DNA of 42,496 bases from Vicinamibacteria bacterium (GTDB lineage Bacteria; Acidobacteriota; Vicinamibacteria; Fen-336). The translations under genes were made by a program, and so were the position numbers. The DNA lies in contig DATFEN010000010.1 of the NCBI GenBank assembly GCA_035251085.1, forward strand, positions 1 through 42,496, in the 5' to 3' direction. The notes under the pieces were generated by a model. It ran no database searches. It was given only the letters and a program-made list of their open reading frames with translations, and was not told where the DNA came from. This document shows positions 23,512 through 33,546 of this stretch, in pieces; position 1 is the first letter of the stretch, and every line of letters starts with the position of its first letter.

Positions 23512-25260
23512 TCAGGCCGAGGCGGTGACCCCCAGCCGCTGCGCCAGCTTGTCGAGCGACTCGCTCAGCTCCGGGGGCAGGCGCCCGCCGAAACGGTCGA
23601 AGAACGCGCGGATCTCGGGAACCTCCTCCGCCCATTCGTCCCGGTCCACGCGCAGCAGCTCCTCGAGAGTCGCCGTCGGCAGGTCGAGGCCGTCCGTGTT
23701 GAGCGAGTCGCTCGTCGGCACGAGTCCTACGGGGGTCTCCACCGCCTGCGCCTTGCCCTGGATGCGGTCGATCATCCACAGCAGCACGCGCAGGTTCTGC
23801 CCGAACCCGGGCCACATGAAGCGGCCTGCTGAGTCCTGCCGGAACCAGTTCACATGGAAGACGGCGGGGGGCCGCGGCACGGCGCGCCCCATCCTCAGCC
23901 AGTGGCCGAAGTAGTCAGCCATGTTGTACCCGCAGAACGGCAGCATCGCCATGGGATCGCGGCGCACGACGCCCACCTTGCCCGTGGCCGCCGCAGTCGT
24001 CTCCGAGCCCATCGTCGATGCCACGAACACGCCGTGCTCCCAGTCGAAGGCCTGGAAGACGAGGGGTGCGACGCGGGCGCGACGCCCGCCGAACACGATG
24101 GCCGAAATCGGCACGCCCTGCGCGTCCTCCCACTTGGGCGACATGCTCGGGCACTGACGCGCGGCGACGGTGAAGCGCGCGTTCGGGTGCGCCGCCTTGC
24201 CCTGGCGATCCCAGGGCTTTCCCTGCCAGTCGAGCAGGTTCTCGGGCGGGCTCTTGTCCTTGCCCTCCCACCAAGGCACGCCATCGGTGGTGACGGCCAC
24301 GTTCGTGAAGATGGTGTCGTGGGAGATGGTGGCCATCGCGTTCGGGTTCGTGTCGGGCCCGGTGCCGGGTACGACGCCGAAGAAGCCAGCCTCGGGGTTC
24401 ACGGCCCAGAGGCGGCCGTCGGGCCCCGGCCGCAGCCACGCGATGTCGTCACCGATCGTGCGTACCTTGTACCCCAGATGCTCGAGGGGCGAGACCAGCA
24501 TCGCGAGGTTCGTCTTGCCGCACGCAGACGGGAAGGCGGCCACGATGTAGTGGGCCTCGCCCGACGGCAGGCTCAGCTCCAGGATCAGCATGTGCTCCGC
24601 CATCCAGCCCTGATTGCGGGCCATGGTCGAGGCGATGCGGAGCGCGAAGCACTTCTTGCCCAGGAGCGCGTTGCCGCCGTAGCCGGAGCCCACGCTCCAG
24701 ATCAGCCGCTCCTCGGGGAAGTGCAGGATGTAGCGGCGCTCCGGCGACAGGTCACCGATCGAGTGCAGGCCCGGCACGAACTCGTCGCCGCCACCCAGCT
24801 GGTCGAGCGCCGCCCTGCCCATCCGCGTCATGATCCGCATGTTGGCCACGACGTAGGGGCTGTCCGTCACCTCGACCCCGACCTTGCTGAACGGCGAGCC
24901 GAGCGGTCCCATCACGTACGGGACCACGTACATGGTGCGGCCCTTCATCGCGTCCTCGAAGAGCGGCGTCACCTTGGCCTTCCCCTCGTCGGGCGACATC
25001 CAGTTGTTGGTGGGCCCGGCGTCGTCCCGACTCCTCGAGCAGATGAACGTCAGGTGCTCGGTCCGCGCCACGTCGGAAGGGTGGCTGCGATGGAGGTAGC
25101 TTCCCGGCGCGGCCTTGGCGTCGAGCTTCTGGAGGGTCCCGTCGGCCAGCATCCCGGCGGTCAGGCGCTGGTTCTCGGCGTCGGAACCGTCGCACCAGAC
25201 GACCTTGTCCGGCCGGGTCGTCTTCGCCACCTCCTCAACCCAACGTTCCGCTGGCGTCAT
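23512..25260 (-). CDS. pckG: phosphoenolpyruvate carboxykinase (GTP)
   Basis: 582 aa with [12 protein letters not shown] (kinase-1a), ...WMAEHMLI..., and the GTP-PEPCK C-terminal domain pattern. Confidence 0.93.
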   Translation of the reverse strand: MTPAERWVEEVAKTTRPDKVVWCDGSDAENQRLTAGMLADGTLQKLDAKAAPGSYLHRSHPSDVARTEHLTFICSRSRDDAGPTNNWMSPDEGKAKVTPLFEDAMKGRTMYVVPYVMGPLGSPFSKVGVEVTDSPYVVANMRIMTRMGRAALDQLGGGDEFVPGLHSIGDLSPERRYILHFPEERLIWSVGSGYGGNALLGKKCFALRIASTMARNQGWMAEHMLILELSLPSGEAHYIVAAFPSACGKTNLAMLVSPLEHLGYKVRTIGDDIAWLRPGPDGRLWAVNPEAGFFGVVPGTGPDTNPNAMATISHDTIFTNVAVTTDGVPWWEGKDKSPPENLLDWQGKPWDRQGKAAHPNARFTVAARQCPSMSPKWEDAQGVPISAIVFGGRRARVAPLVFQAFDWEHGVFVASTMGSETTAAATGKVGVVRRDPMAMLPFCGYNMADYFGHWLRMGRAVPRPPAVFHVNWFRQDSAGRFMWPGFGQNLRVLLWMIDRIQGKAQAVETPVGLVPTSDSLNTDGLDLPTATLEELLRVDRDEWAEEVPEIRAFFDRFGGRLPPELSESLDKLAQRLGVTASA

Positions 25261-25269
25261 AGAGGACGG

Positions 25270-25299
25270 ATTCTAGAGAAACGCTTCGTCGCGGGTCAA
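25270..25299 (-). promoter_or_regulatory. sigma70-like promoter TTGACC-18 nt-TAGAAT, ending 9 nt before the pckG ATG
   Basis: Reverse complement of 25270-25299, read directly. No SD. On the + strand, TATAGT at 25309-25314 lies 11 nt before the OMP GTG at 25326. Confidence 0.55.
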
Positions 25300-25325
25300 A
25301 CCACGCGCTATAGTGCGCACCATCC

Positions 25326-26054
25326 GTGACCGCCAAGTGCCGAGGAGTCATCGTTTTGCTCGCGGCGCTCTGCCATGGTTCTGCCGGCGCCGAGGAGCCG
25401 CGCCTGGCTCTGCACGCGAACGTGGCGCTCGCCGCCGGCGAGCTGAGCTTCGACACGACGCGTACGCTTTCGGTGCTCTCCAGAGACGTGTCCGTGAGGG
25501 CGAGCTACGCGCTCGACGCCGGTCTCGGCTTCGACCTCGGACTGCAGCTTGCGCTGACGAGCAACGTGGCCCTGCGGGCGAGCTTCAGCCGGGTGACCCG
25601 CGAGGGCAACGGCGTCCTGCATGCCGACTTGCCACCGCTACCGTTCGGCCTGCCCCGGACCCTCGACGCGACGCTTCCCAACGGCCGCGTCGAGGAGAGC
25701 GCGGGCCATCTCGATCTCGTCCTCGGCGGCGGCGCGGGTTCCGTGCGCGGGTCCGTGTTCGGCGGGGTCACGCTCTTCGATCTCGACGCGCGGCTCCTCG
25801 GCCCCGCGACGATCATGGTGCCTGGAGTGCCGCCGATCCCGATCGGCACCTCGACGGTGCTCGAGACGTCCGACTCGCCCACAGGCTGGAACGCGGGCCT
25901 CGGCCTGGACGTCCGCCTCTCGGCGCACCTGGGCCTCGGCGCATTCTTACGGTATGCCCATGCCCGGGCTACGCTCGATCCGCCCGGTTTCGAACCGATC
26001 GAGGTCGACGCTGGGGGCGCGCACGCGGCGGCCGGCATCCGCGTGTACTTCTAG
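25326..26054 (+). CDS. outer-membrane beta-barrel protein (small porin-family barrel)
   Basis: Signal peptide VIVLLAALCHGSAGA, alternating hydrophobic strands, and a terminal ...AAAGIRVYF (C-terminal Phe OMP signature). GTG start. Confidence 0.7.
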   Translation: MTAKCRGVIVLLAALCHGSAGAEEPRLALHANVALAAGELSFDTTRTLSVLSRDVSVRASYALDAGLGFDLGLQLALTSNVALRASFSRVTREGNGVLHADLPPLPFGLPRTLDATLPNGRVEESAGHLDLVLGGGAGSVRGSVFGGVTLFDLDARLLGPATIMVPGVPPIPIGTSTVLETSDSPTGWNAGLGLDVRLSAHLGLGAFLRYAHARATLDPPGFEPIEVDAGGAHAAAGIRVYF

Positions 26055-26064
26055 AAAAGGAGGG

Positions 26065-27327
26065 ATGATGATGCTCCCGCTGCTGCTCGGCGCTGCCGTC
26101 ACGGTCGTCCAGGCGGGCGTGCTGATCGACGGCACTGGCGCGCCGCCGAAGCGACGGCAGGCGATCGTCATCGAAGGCGGGCGCATCAAGGCCGTCGGCG
26201 ACGCCGCAGCCGTTTCCATCGCCGCGGGCGCGACGCTCCTCGACTTGTCGGCCTACACCGTCCTGCCGGGCCTGATCGACTCCCACACCCACGTCTTCCT
26301 CCAGGGCGAAGAAACGGCCGAGGGCGGCTACGATGCCAACATCCTCCAGCACGGCCTCGCCTATCGTGTCGCGCGGGCGACGGTCGCGGCCCGGCGCGCC
26401 CTCGAGCAGGGCTTCACGACGCTGCGCGACCTGGGCACCGAGGGCGCAGGCTACGGCGACGTCGGCATCAAGCAGGCGGTGGAGCGGGGTCACATCCCCG
26501 GCCCGCGGATGTTCGTGGCCACGCTGGCGATCGGCGCGACCGGCGGCTACCCGCTTTCGGGATACGCACCCGAGCTGGCCATGCCGAAGGGCGTCGCCAC
26601 TGCCGACGGCGCGCTCGAAGCCCGCCGCGTCGTCCGCGAGCAGATCGACAAGGGCGCCGACTGGATCAAGGTCTACATGACCTACAAGTCGCGCGTCGAC
26701 CGGGAGGATCGCCTCGTCACGGATGCGACCTACACCGTCGAGGAGCTGCGAGCTATGGTCGAGGAGGCACACGGACGCTTCCGGAAGGTGGCGTGTCACG
26801 CCTACGGCGGCGAGGGGCTGCGGCGCGCCCTCGAGGGCGGCTGCGATTCGATCGAGCACGGCCTCGACCTGGACGACGCCGGCGTGCAGCGCATGGTCAA
26901 ACAGGCTACGTGGTACTGCCCCACGCTGGGCGTCTACTACGGCGACTGGGCGGCGGAGGACACGCCGGCGGGACGCCGCGATCGTGCGCGCGTGAGGGCG
27001 CACGAGCCCTCCTTCAGGAAGGCGCTCGCGGCGGGCGTGAGGATCGTCTTCGGCACCGACGCCGGGGGCTCGCCGTGGACGCAGCCCATGGCCGGGGAGT
27101 TCGAACAGATGACGCGCCTCGGCATGACCGCGATGGACGCCATCGTGTCGGCCACGTCCCGCCCGGCCGAGATGCTCGGCGCGAAGGGCGAACTGGGCGT
27201 GATCGCCGCCGGCGCGCTGGCCGACGTGATCGCGGTCGAGGGCGATCCTCTCACGGACGTGACCGCGCTCGGTCGCGTGACCTTCGTGATGAAGGGCGGC
27301 GCCGTGTTCAAGGAGCCGCGACATTGA
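26065..27327 (+). CDS. secreted amidohydrolase-family metallohydrolase
   Basis: The start is MMMLPLLLGAAVTVVQA, after AAAGGAGGG (the track ORF begins upstream at 25621). VLPGLIDSHTHVF (HxH metal motif), ...CHAYG..., and FGTDAG. Confidence 0.85.
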   Translation: MMMLPLLLGAAVTVVQAGVLIDGTGAPPKRRQAIVIEGGRIKAVGDAAAVSIAAGATLLDLSAYTVLPGLIDSHTHVFLQGEETAEGGYDANILQHGLAYRVARATVAARRALEQGFTTLRDLGTEGAGYGDVGIKQAVERGHIPGPRMFVATLAIGATGGYPLSGYAPELAMPKGVATADGALEARRVVREQIDKGADWIKVYMTYKSRVDREDRLVTDATYTVEELRAMVEEAHGRFRKVACHAYGGEGLRRALEGGCDSIEHGLDLDDAGVQRMVKQATWYCPTLGVYYGDWAAEDTPAGRRDRARVRAHEPSFRKALAAGVRIVFGTDAGGSPWTQPMAGEFEQMTRLGMTAMDAIVSATSRPAEMLGAKGELGVIAAGALADVIAVEGDPLTDVTALGRVTFVMKGGAVFKEPRH

Positions 27328-27353
27328 CAGGCCGGCGCGACTGAGCCTAACGT
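27324..27353 (+). promoter_or_regulatory. promoter TTGACA-18 nt-TAACGT upstream of the M4 protease gene
   Basis: The perfect -35 hexamer overlaps the amidohydrolase TGA stop. A GGAAG SD follows at 27362-27366. Confidence 0.4.
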
Positions 27354-27373
27354 CGCGTCCTCGGAAGTTTGCG

Positions 27374-28981
27374 GTGGCACACATGCGCTGGTCCACTCGC
27401 CTCGCCACGCTCCTCCTCTGCGGCGTGGCATCGTCCGCTGTGGCACAGGTGAAGGAGCGGCGCGTCGCGACGAGCGGCGCTGCGGAGGCCGCCGAGTGGG
27501 CCGCTCGCCTGCAGACGCTCGCCGACGCCGGCGCAGTCCGCCTGACGCGAGTGCGCGCTGACACGCTGCTCCCCGATCGCCGGCATCAACGCTATGCCCA
27601 GCTGCATCGCGGCGTCCCGGTCTGGGGCGGCGAGCTCGTCGTGCAGGCCGGCGACCAGGGCATCGTCTCGGTGTTCGGCGCACTCTACGAGGGCATCGAT
27701 CTCGACGCGACGCCGTCTCTCGCCCCCGAGGCGGCCGTGGCCGCGCTCCGAGGCCTGGGGGCGGAGCCCTTCGGCCGCCAAGGCCGTCCCGAGCTGGTGG
27801 TGCTGCCGCACGCCGACAGCCGCTACGCGCTGACGTTCAAGATCCGCGCGCGTCGAACGGGCTTCGACGTCCGTCTCTACTTCGTCGACGCGACGAACGG
27901 AGCCATCGTGATGGACCTGAACGACGTCCAGACGCAGGCCGTCGTGGGCACCGGCACTGGCGTCCTGGGCGATCGGAAGAAGGTGAGCGCGCGCCCGGCC
28001 GGCGGCGACTTCGTGGCCGAGGATCAGCTGCGCCCGCCGCGCATCGCGACCTTCGACTTCCGGGGCGACCTCGCCCACTTCTTCGCGGTGTTGGATCTGT
28101 TCGACCAGGATCTCGCCCGGGACGACAACAACACCTGGACGGACGCCGCCACCGTCGACGCCCACACCCACGCCGGCTACGTGTACGACTACTTCTTCAA
28201 GCGCTTTGGGCGCCGCGGCCTGGACAACGCCGACATCACCATTCGCAGCATCACGCACCCCGTGAACCGGGAGGATTTCTTCTCCTATCCCGACGAGGTC
28301 AAGGGACTCTTCTTCCTGAACGCGGGCTACCTCGGCGACGGCGTTATGTTCTACGGCGAGGGCCTGCCGGAGCACGTCAGGGTCGGCGGCCAGCACTGGA
28401 ACTTCACCTCCGGTGCGCTCGACATCGTGGGCCATGAGCTGTCCCACGGAGTGACGGACTACTCCTCCGGGCTCATCTATCAGAACGAGTCGGGTGCGCT
28501 CAACGAGGCCTTCTCGGACATCATGGGCGCCTCCGTCGAGTTCTTCTTCCAGCCGGCGGGCGACGGCCCGCTGCGCGCCGACTATCTCCTGGGCGAGGAC
28601 GTCATCACGCCTGGCGGCCTCCGCTCGATGCAGAACCCAATGGCCTACGGCGACCCGGACCACTACGCGATCCGCTTCCTGGGCAGCGCCGACAACGGCG
28701 GCGTCCACACCAACTCGGGCATCGCGAACAACGCCTTCTTCCTGGCCATCGAGGGCGGCACCAACCGCCACTCGCGCCTTCCCGTGACGGGGGTTGGCGG
28801 CGGGAACCGCGAGCAGATCGAGAAGGTCTTCTACCGTGCCTTCACCGAGATGCTTCCGGCTAGCGCCAGCTTCGGCACGGCCCGTGCAGCCACGATCCAG
28901 GCGGCCCGCGACCTCTACGGTGCCGGAGGCGCCGTGGAGGCGGCCGTGACCCAGGCCTGGAACGCCGTCGGGGTGAACTGA
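27374..28981 (+). CDS. M4 (thermolysin-like) secreted zinc metalloprotease
   Basis: VGHELSHGV (HExxH) followed by GALNEAFSD. Signal peptide MRWSTRLATLLLCGVASSAVAQ. GTG 27374 has GGAAG 7 nt upstream. ATG 27383 is an alternative start. Confidence 0.9.
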   Translation: MAHMRWSTRLATLLLCGVASSAVAQVKERRVATSGAAEAAEWAARLQTLADAGAVRLTRVRADTLLPDRRHQRYAQLHRGVPVWGGELVVQAGDQGIVSVFGALYEGIDLDATPSLAPEAAVAALRGLGAEPFGRQGRPELVVLPHADSRYALTFKIRARRTGFDVRLYFVDATNGAIVMDLNDVQTQAVVGTGTGVLGDRKKVSARPAGGDFVAEDQLRPPRIATFDFRGDLAHFFAVLDLFDQDLARDDNNTWTDAATVDAHTHAGYVYDYFFKRFGRRGLDNADITIRSITHPVNREDFFSYPDEVKGLFFLNAGYLGDGVMFYGEGLPEHVRVGGQHWNFTSGALDIVGHELSHGVTDYSSGLIYQNESGALNEAFSDIMGASVEFFFQPAGDGPLRADYLLGEDVITPGGLRSMQNPMAYGDPDHYAIRFLGSADNGGVHTNSGIANNAFFLAIEGGTNRHSRLPVTGVGGGNREQIEKVFYRAFTEMLPASASFGTARAATIQAARDLYGAGGAVEAAVTQAWNAVGVN

Positions 28982-29706
28982 TGCGGGCCGCGACGGCGCT
29001 GCTGCTGTTCTGCGCCGCCGCACCAGCGTTCGGGTCGGACGATGCCTATCGCGTGAAGCTGCTGCTCGGCGGCGGCTACGAGGTGGGAACGCACTCCTTC
29101 AACCAGACGGTGAGCTTCGAGCAGTTCGCGGAAGCCGCGATCATCACGACCGCCTACGAAGCCGAGGCGGCGCCCGGATTCGACGTGGCGGCGCAGTTCA
29201 ACGCGTTCAAGCGCATCGGCTTCTCGCTGGCCGGAACGCTCTACGAGCGCGACCTGGGCGGAAGCTTCGAGGCGTCGTTCCCCCACCCGCTGTTCTTCGA
29301 CCAGCCGCGCGCCGCAGCAGGCGTTCTCACCGGAAAGCTGCAGGAGCGTGCAGGTCATGCGAGCGTCGTGGTCTTCGGCCACGACGGCTCGCTCGACTTC
29401 TCGGGCTGGGTCGGCGTCAGCCTGTTCAAGGTCGAGGCGGACCTGCTCACGAACGTCACCTACTCACACGCCGATCCCTACGACAGCGTCACGGTGACTT
29501 CCACTCCGGTGACCACCGTGAGCGACGAGCCGGTCGGATTCAACCTCGGAGCGAGCCTGGACTATCGCTTTTCGAGGAAAGTCGGGTTAGGGATCCAGGG
29601 ACGCTTCTCCCAGGCGAAGGCGAAGCTGACCGCTCCGAACGCGGCGGAGACCGAGCTGGACGTGGGCGGCTTCCAGGCCGGCGGCGGGATCCGTCTGTAC
29701 TTCTAG
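28981..29706 (+). CDS. outer-membrane beta-barrel protein, paralogous in layout to 25326..26054
   Basis: Signal peptide MRAATALLLFCAAAPAFG and a terminal ...GGGIRLYF. Its ATG overlaps the M4 stop by 1 nt (TGATG). Confidence 0.7.
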   Translation: MRAATALLLFCAAAPAFGSDDAYRVKLLLGGGYEVGTHSFNQTVSFEQFAEAAIITTAYEAEAAPGFDVAAQFNAFKRIGFSLAGTLYERDLGGSFEASFPHPLFFDQPRAAAGVLTGKLQERAGHASVVVFGHDGSLDFSGWVGVSLFKVEADLLTNVTYSHADPYDSVTVTSTPVTTVSDEPVGFNLGASLDYRFSRKVGLGIQGRFSQAKAKLTAPNAAETELDVGGFQAGGGIRLYF

Positions 29707-29718
29707 GCCTCGAAGGCC
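29706..29718. terminator. short hairpin GGCCT-CGA-AGGCC between convergent genes
   Basis: It lies between the OMP stop (29704-29706) and the cytochrome stop (29720-29722). No U-tract. Confidence 0.2.
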
Positions 29719-29719
29719 G

Positions 29720-30274
29720 TCACTCGACGCAGGCGGCGCCGTTGTCGATCCACGTCCTGAAGTAGGCTCCGAGCTCCGCCTGAGTCCCCGGCGCGGGCGC
29801 ACGGCCGTCGCCCGGCGCCCAGCCCCAGCCCACGAGCGGGTCCTTCGCAAGGTGCTCGTGAAGCTGCGCCAGGGTCTTGCCGCCGTTCTGCTTCGGGTCC
29901 TTGAGCTGCCTGCAGAGCTGCCCAGGCGTGCGTCCCTCGAAGACGAGCTTCATGGAGGCGGCGGGAAGGTGCCAGTTGGGCGCGCCCGGCGGCATGTGCT
30001 CGCCGGGCGTGTTGCTCGACTGATGGCACGCCAGGCACTTCACCGCGAAACGGCCCTTGCCGTCGATCCCCCGTTGGACGCGCTGAGCGTGGACCTCGCT
30101 CGCGTCCCCCTGGAGCGGCCGTTCTCCGGCCGGATGGCAGTTGAGACAGCGTGGGTGCATGAAGACCGCATAGGCCTTCGCGAAGGCGTCCCTCGCCGCG
30201 GCTTCGTCCGCATCGGCGGAGCCCGCCGCGATGAAAGTCACTGCCAGAAGCAAGGGCGACACGAGGGTCCTCAT
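29720..30274 (-). CDS. periplasmic c-type cytochrome with two CxxCH haem-binding motifs
   Basis: Signal peptide [22 protein letters not shown], plus CLNCH and CLACH. Its ATG overlaps the stop of the Mo-subunit gene (ATGA). Confidence 0.7.
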   Translation of the reverse strand: MRTLVSPLLLAVTFIAAGSADADEAAARDAFAKAYAVFMHPRCLNCHPAGERPLQGDASEVHAQRVQRGIDGKGRFAVKCLACHQSSNTPGEHMPPGAPNWHLPAASMKLVFEGRTPGQLCRQLKDPKQNGGKTLAQLHEHLAKDPLVGWGWAPGDGRAPAPGTQAELGAYFRTWIDNGAACVE

Positions 30275-32427
30275 GCGACCAGGTCCTCGGCGCGGATTGG
30301 AAGCCGGTGGATCGGCCGGCCGGTGAGGGCGAACAGCGCGTTACAGAGGGCCGGGGCGATCGGGGGCGTGCCGGGCTCGCCCACACCCCCCGGCTTCTCC
30401 GTGCTCGGCACGATGTGGGTCTCCACTTCGGGCATTTCGTGCATCCGCAGGACCGGGTAGTCGTGGAAGTTGCCCTGCTCGACGCGTCCGTCCTTGAACG
30501 TGATCGCGCCGTGGAGGGCGGCCGACAAGCCGAAGCCGATCCCGCTTTCCATTTGCGCGGCGATGGTGTTCGGATTCAGAGCCCGGCCGCAGTCGATCGC
30601 GCACACCACGCGGTGGACCTTGAGCATGCCGTCGGCGATTGAGACCTCGGCCACCTGGGCCACGAAGCTGCCGAAGGACTCGTGCACGGCCACGCCGCGC
30701 GCACGACCCGCGGCCAGCGGCCGGTCCCAGCCTGCCTTCTCAGCGGCCAGCTCGAGCACACCCAGATGGCGCGGATGGCTTCCAAGCAGTCCGCGCCGGT
30801 AGGCGACCGGATCGCGGCCCGCCGCCCGGGCCAGCTCGTCGAGGAAGCACTCCGTCACGAAGGCCGTATGCGAGTGGCCGACGGAGCGCCACCATAGGAC
30901 CGGGATGCCCACGCGCGGGCTGTGCAGCTCCACGCGCAGGCTGGGGATCGCGTACGGCAGGTCCTGCGCGCCCTCGACCGAAGTGCCGTCGATGCCGTCC
31001 TTCACCATCATCGCCTCGAAGGGCGTGCCGGCCAGGATCGACTGGCCGACCAGCGTGTGGCGCCACGCAACTGGATTGCCCGCACCGTCGAGCCCACCGG
31101 AGATACGGTCGTGCCACGACGGGCGGTAGTAGCCGCCCTTGATGTCGTCCTCGCGCGTCCACACGATCTTCACGGGCGCCTTCGCCCGTTTCGCGACCTC
31201 CACGGCTTCGACGATCCAGTCCGATACCGGGTTCGCGCGGCGGCCGAAGCCTCCACCCAGCAGCGTGGTGTGGATCTGCACCTGTTCCGGCTTGAGGCCC
31301 GCCGCCTTCGCCGCGGCCTCGCGGTCCACCGTCTGGAACTGCGTGCCGGTCCAGATCTCGCAGCCGTCCTGCCGCAGTTCCACCACCGCGTTCAGCGGCT
31401 CCATCATGGCGTGGGCGAGGTAGGGCACCTCGTACTCGGCTTCGAGGACCTTCGCCGCGCCGGCGAAGGCCCCGTCGATGTCGGGCCCCGCCTGCTTCGC
31501 CACGAGGCCTGGCGTCTTTGCGAGGGCCGCGAACTGCTCGCGAAGGGCCGCGGAGGTGATCGAGCGGCCTTCGCCCTCGTCCCACTCCAGCCCGAGCGCC
31601 GCCCGGCCCTTGCGGGCGGGCCAGAAGCCGTCGGCGATGACGGCCACGCCCGATGGCACTTCGACCACGCCCCTCACGCCTCGGATGCGGCGCGCGCGCT
31701 CGGCGTCGACACGCCGCAGCCGTCCTCCGAAGACGGGCGGGCGGGCGACGAGCGCGGTCAGCATTCCCGGCCGCTTCACGTCTATGCCGAACTCCGCCCG
31801 TCCGTCGAGCTTCGCCGGCGTGTCGAGGCGGCGCGTCGGCTTCCCGATCAGGCGGAACTCGCTTTCGTCCTTCAGCTTCACGCTGGCGGGGGCGGGTCGT
31901 CTTGCCGCCGCTTCGGCCAGCTCGCCGTAACGCAGCGAGCGACCGCTCGGCGCGTGGCTGACGACGCCGTTCCGCGCCTGGCAGCTCGCTGGATCGATCC
32001 CCCAGCGCTCGGCGGCGGTCGCGATCAGCATCTCGCGGGCGGTCGCGCCGACAGTACGCATCTGGTCCCAGGAGGACCACGTGCTGGTGCTGCCACCGGT
32101 CATCTGCATGCCGAAAGCGGTGTGGTTGTACACGGCGGCGACCGGCGCGGACTCCACCCGCACCCGGGACCAGTCGCACTCGAGCTCTTCGCAAACCAGC
32201 ATGGCCAGGGCGGTGTAGACGCCCTGGCCCATCTCGGCCTTGCCCACGATCACCGTGACCGAGCCGTCCGGGGCGATGCGTACGAACGCCTCGGGCGGAT
32301 ACTTCGGACCCGAAGCTGGCTGGGCGCCGAGGGAGCGCGGCAGCGCGAAACCGAGGAGCAGGCCACCGCCCGCCGCGGCGCCGGCCTTCAGGAACAGCCG
32401 GCGCTTCACGTCGAGGCGCGCGCTCAC
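30271..32427 (-). CDS. molybdopterin-binding large subunit of an IorB/aldehyde-oxidase (xanthine dehydrogenase family) enzyme, Tat-exported
   Basis: Start at GTG 32427, overlapping the upstream stop (GTGA). Tat motif [13 protein letters not shown]. Body ...[21 protein letters not shown]..., ...[12 protein letters not shown].... Confidence 0.85.
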   Translation of the reverse strand: MSARLDVKRRLFLKAGAAAGGGLLLGFALPRSLGAQPASGPKYPPEAFVRIAPDGSVTVIVGKAEMGQGVYTALAMLVCEELECDWSRVRVESAPVAAVYNHTAFGMQMTGGSTSTWSSWDQMRTVGATAREMLIATAAERWGIDPASCQARNGVVSHAPSGRSLRYGELAEAAARRPAPASVKLKDESEFRLIGKPTRRLDTPAKLDGRAEFGIDVKRPGMLTALVARPPVFGGRLRRVDAERARRIRGVRGVVEVPSGVAVIADGFWPARKGRAALGLEWDEGEGRSITSAALREQFAALAKTPGLVAKQAGPDIDGAFAGAAKVLEAEYEVPYLAHAMMEPLNAVVELRQDGCEIWTGTQFQTVDREAAAKAAGLKPEQVQIHTTLLGGGFGRRANPVSDWIVEAVEVAKRAKAPVKIVWTREDDIKGGYYRPSWHDRISGGLDGAGNPVAWRHTLVGQSILAGTPFEAMMVKDGIDGTSVEGAQDLPYAIPSLRVELHSPRVGIPVLWWRSVGHSHTAFVTECFLDELARAAGRDPVAYRRGLLGSHPRHLGVLELAAEKAGWDRPLAAGRARGVAVHESFGSFVAQVAEVSIADGMLKVHRVVCAIDCGRALNPNTIAAQMESGIGFGLSAALHGAITFKDGRVEQGNFHDYPVLRMHEMPEVETHIVPSTEKPGGVGEPGTPPIAPALCNALFALTGRPIHRLPIRAEDLVA

Positions 32428-32894
32428 CGCGCACCCCCCCTCGCCTTGAGCTCCGCTGCGGCGTGGATGGCCTTGCGGATGCGCGGATACGTCACGCATC
32501 GGCAGATGTTCCCGCTCATCCCGTCGTCGATGTCCGCGTCCGTGGGGCGCGGGCGCTCGCGCAGCAGGACGGCGGCGGCCATCAGCTGCCCGGACTGGCA
32601 GTAGCCACACTGCGGCACGTCCTCCTGGGTCCAGGCCTCGCGGAGCGGATTGGCCTCCGCCTCCGGGAGGCCTTCGATCGTGACCACGCGCTTGCCCGAG
32701 AGCGACGCCACGGGCGTCACGCAGGAGCGCACGGCCACACCGTCGACGTGGACGGTGCACGCGCCGCATTGCGCAACCCCGCAGCCGTACTTGGTGCCGG
32801 TCAGGCCGAGGCCGTCACGCAGCACCCACAACAGCGGCGTGTCGGGCTCGACGTCCAGCTCGTGGTCCTGACGATTGACGTTCAGGTGGATCAT
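32424..32894 (-). CDS. (2Fe-2S)-binding small subunit (IorA-type)
   Basis: [12 protein letters not shown] and [11 protein letters not shown]...NICRCVTY supply two [2Fe-2S] cysteine clusters. The start is ATG 32894, preceded by GGAGG. Confidence 0.9.
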   Translation of the reverse strand: MIHLNVNRQDHELDVEPDTPLLWVLRDGLGLTGTKYGCGVAQCGACTVHVDGVAVRSCVTPVASLSGKRVVTIEGLPEAEANPLREAWTQEDVPQCGYCQSGQLMAAAVLLRERPRPTDADIDDGMSGNICRCVTYPRIRKAIHAAAELKARGGAR

Positions 32895-33038
32895 GCGTCG
32901 CCTCCAGCGATCTCCCGCAGCATGGTCGATCGCGGCCGCCGAGCGCAAGGAGAACCTGGATCAATCGGGGACGCGAGCTTTCAGCGGGGCGAGGCTTCCG
33001 TGCGCGAGCGACGCACGCCTGTTCAGACGGATTTCCTC

Positions 33039-33065
33039 GGCCTGTCCCGCGGCCTGTCCCGCGGC
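33039..33065. repeat. tandem 12-nt repeat GGCCTGTCCCGC, 2.25 copies
   Basis: Two perfect copies at 33039-33050 and 33051-33062, followed by GGC. Three CCGAG(C/G) repeats follow at 33071-33100. Confidence 0.8.
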
Positions 33066-33111
33066 GCGACCCCGAGCCGAAGGCCCGAGCAGCCGAGGGC
33101 TACCCGCCGGA

Positions 33112-33324
33112 TCAGCCCCCCACGATCCTGGACAGCACCACCGACCTGAGCCGACCTTCGCTGAAACCGTAACGCCGAGGCGCCAGCTCGTAGAGCGGCT
33201 CAGCGGCGTCGTCTTCTTCGACGAAGTACAAGTCGTCGTCGAGCAGCATCTGGTTCAACGACCGGCGTGCTTGGCGGCGACGCTTCCGAACCTCTTGTCG
33301 GCGGATACGGCGGGAGCTGGGCAT
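33112..33324 (-). CDS. hypothetical 70-aa protein: Arg-rich N-terminus, acidic centre, C-terminal Gly-Gly
   Basis: MPSSRRIRRQEVRKRRRQARRSLNQMLLDDDLYFVEEDDAAEPLYELAPRRYGFSEGRLRSVVLSRIVGG. A strong SD, GGGAGG, lies 6 nt before the ATG. Third-position GC is about 80%. No family recognised. Confidence 0.5.
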   Translation of the reverse strand: MPSSRRIRRQEVRKRRRQARRSLNQMLLDDDLYFVEEDDAAEPLYELAPRRYGFSEGRLRSVVLSRIVGG

Positions 33325-33546
33325 GAGGTACCTCCCGATAGAGCTCCGGAGGAGCAGCGCCACCTAGTGGACCCCGTCGGAGCTTCGTTGGTTCGGCCTT
33401 GAAGCACGCGGAATGCCAGGGACGCATGCGCCTCGCAAACCCTTGCTGCACACGGTGGTGCGCGCGGACGATGCCCGATCCGAATCAGAAGGCGAGGCGA
33501 GAACGCAACGTGCCGTTATGAAATCCTCAACATCATCGACTCGCCT

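Noticed and set aside
32895-33111. Moco riboswitch in the 5' region of the molybdoenzyme operon
   Set aside because: CCGAGCC-like strings are present, but on the + strand, antisense to the operon. I cannot reconstruct the conserved Moco-motif helices on the minus strand from memory. A covariance-model scan (Rfam Moco_RNA_motif) would be needed to decide.
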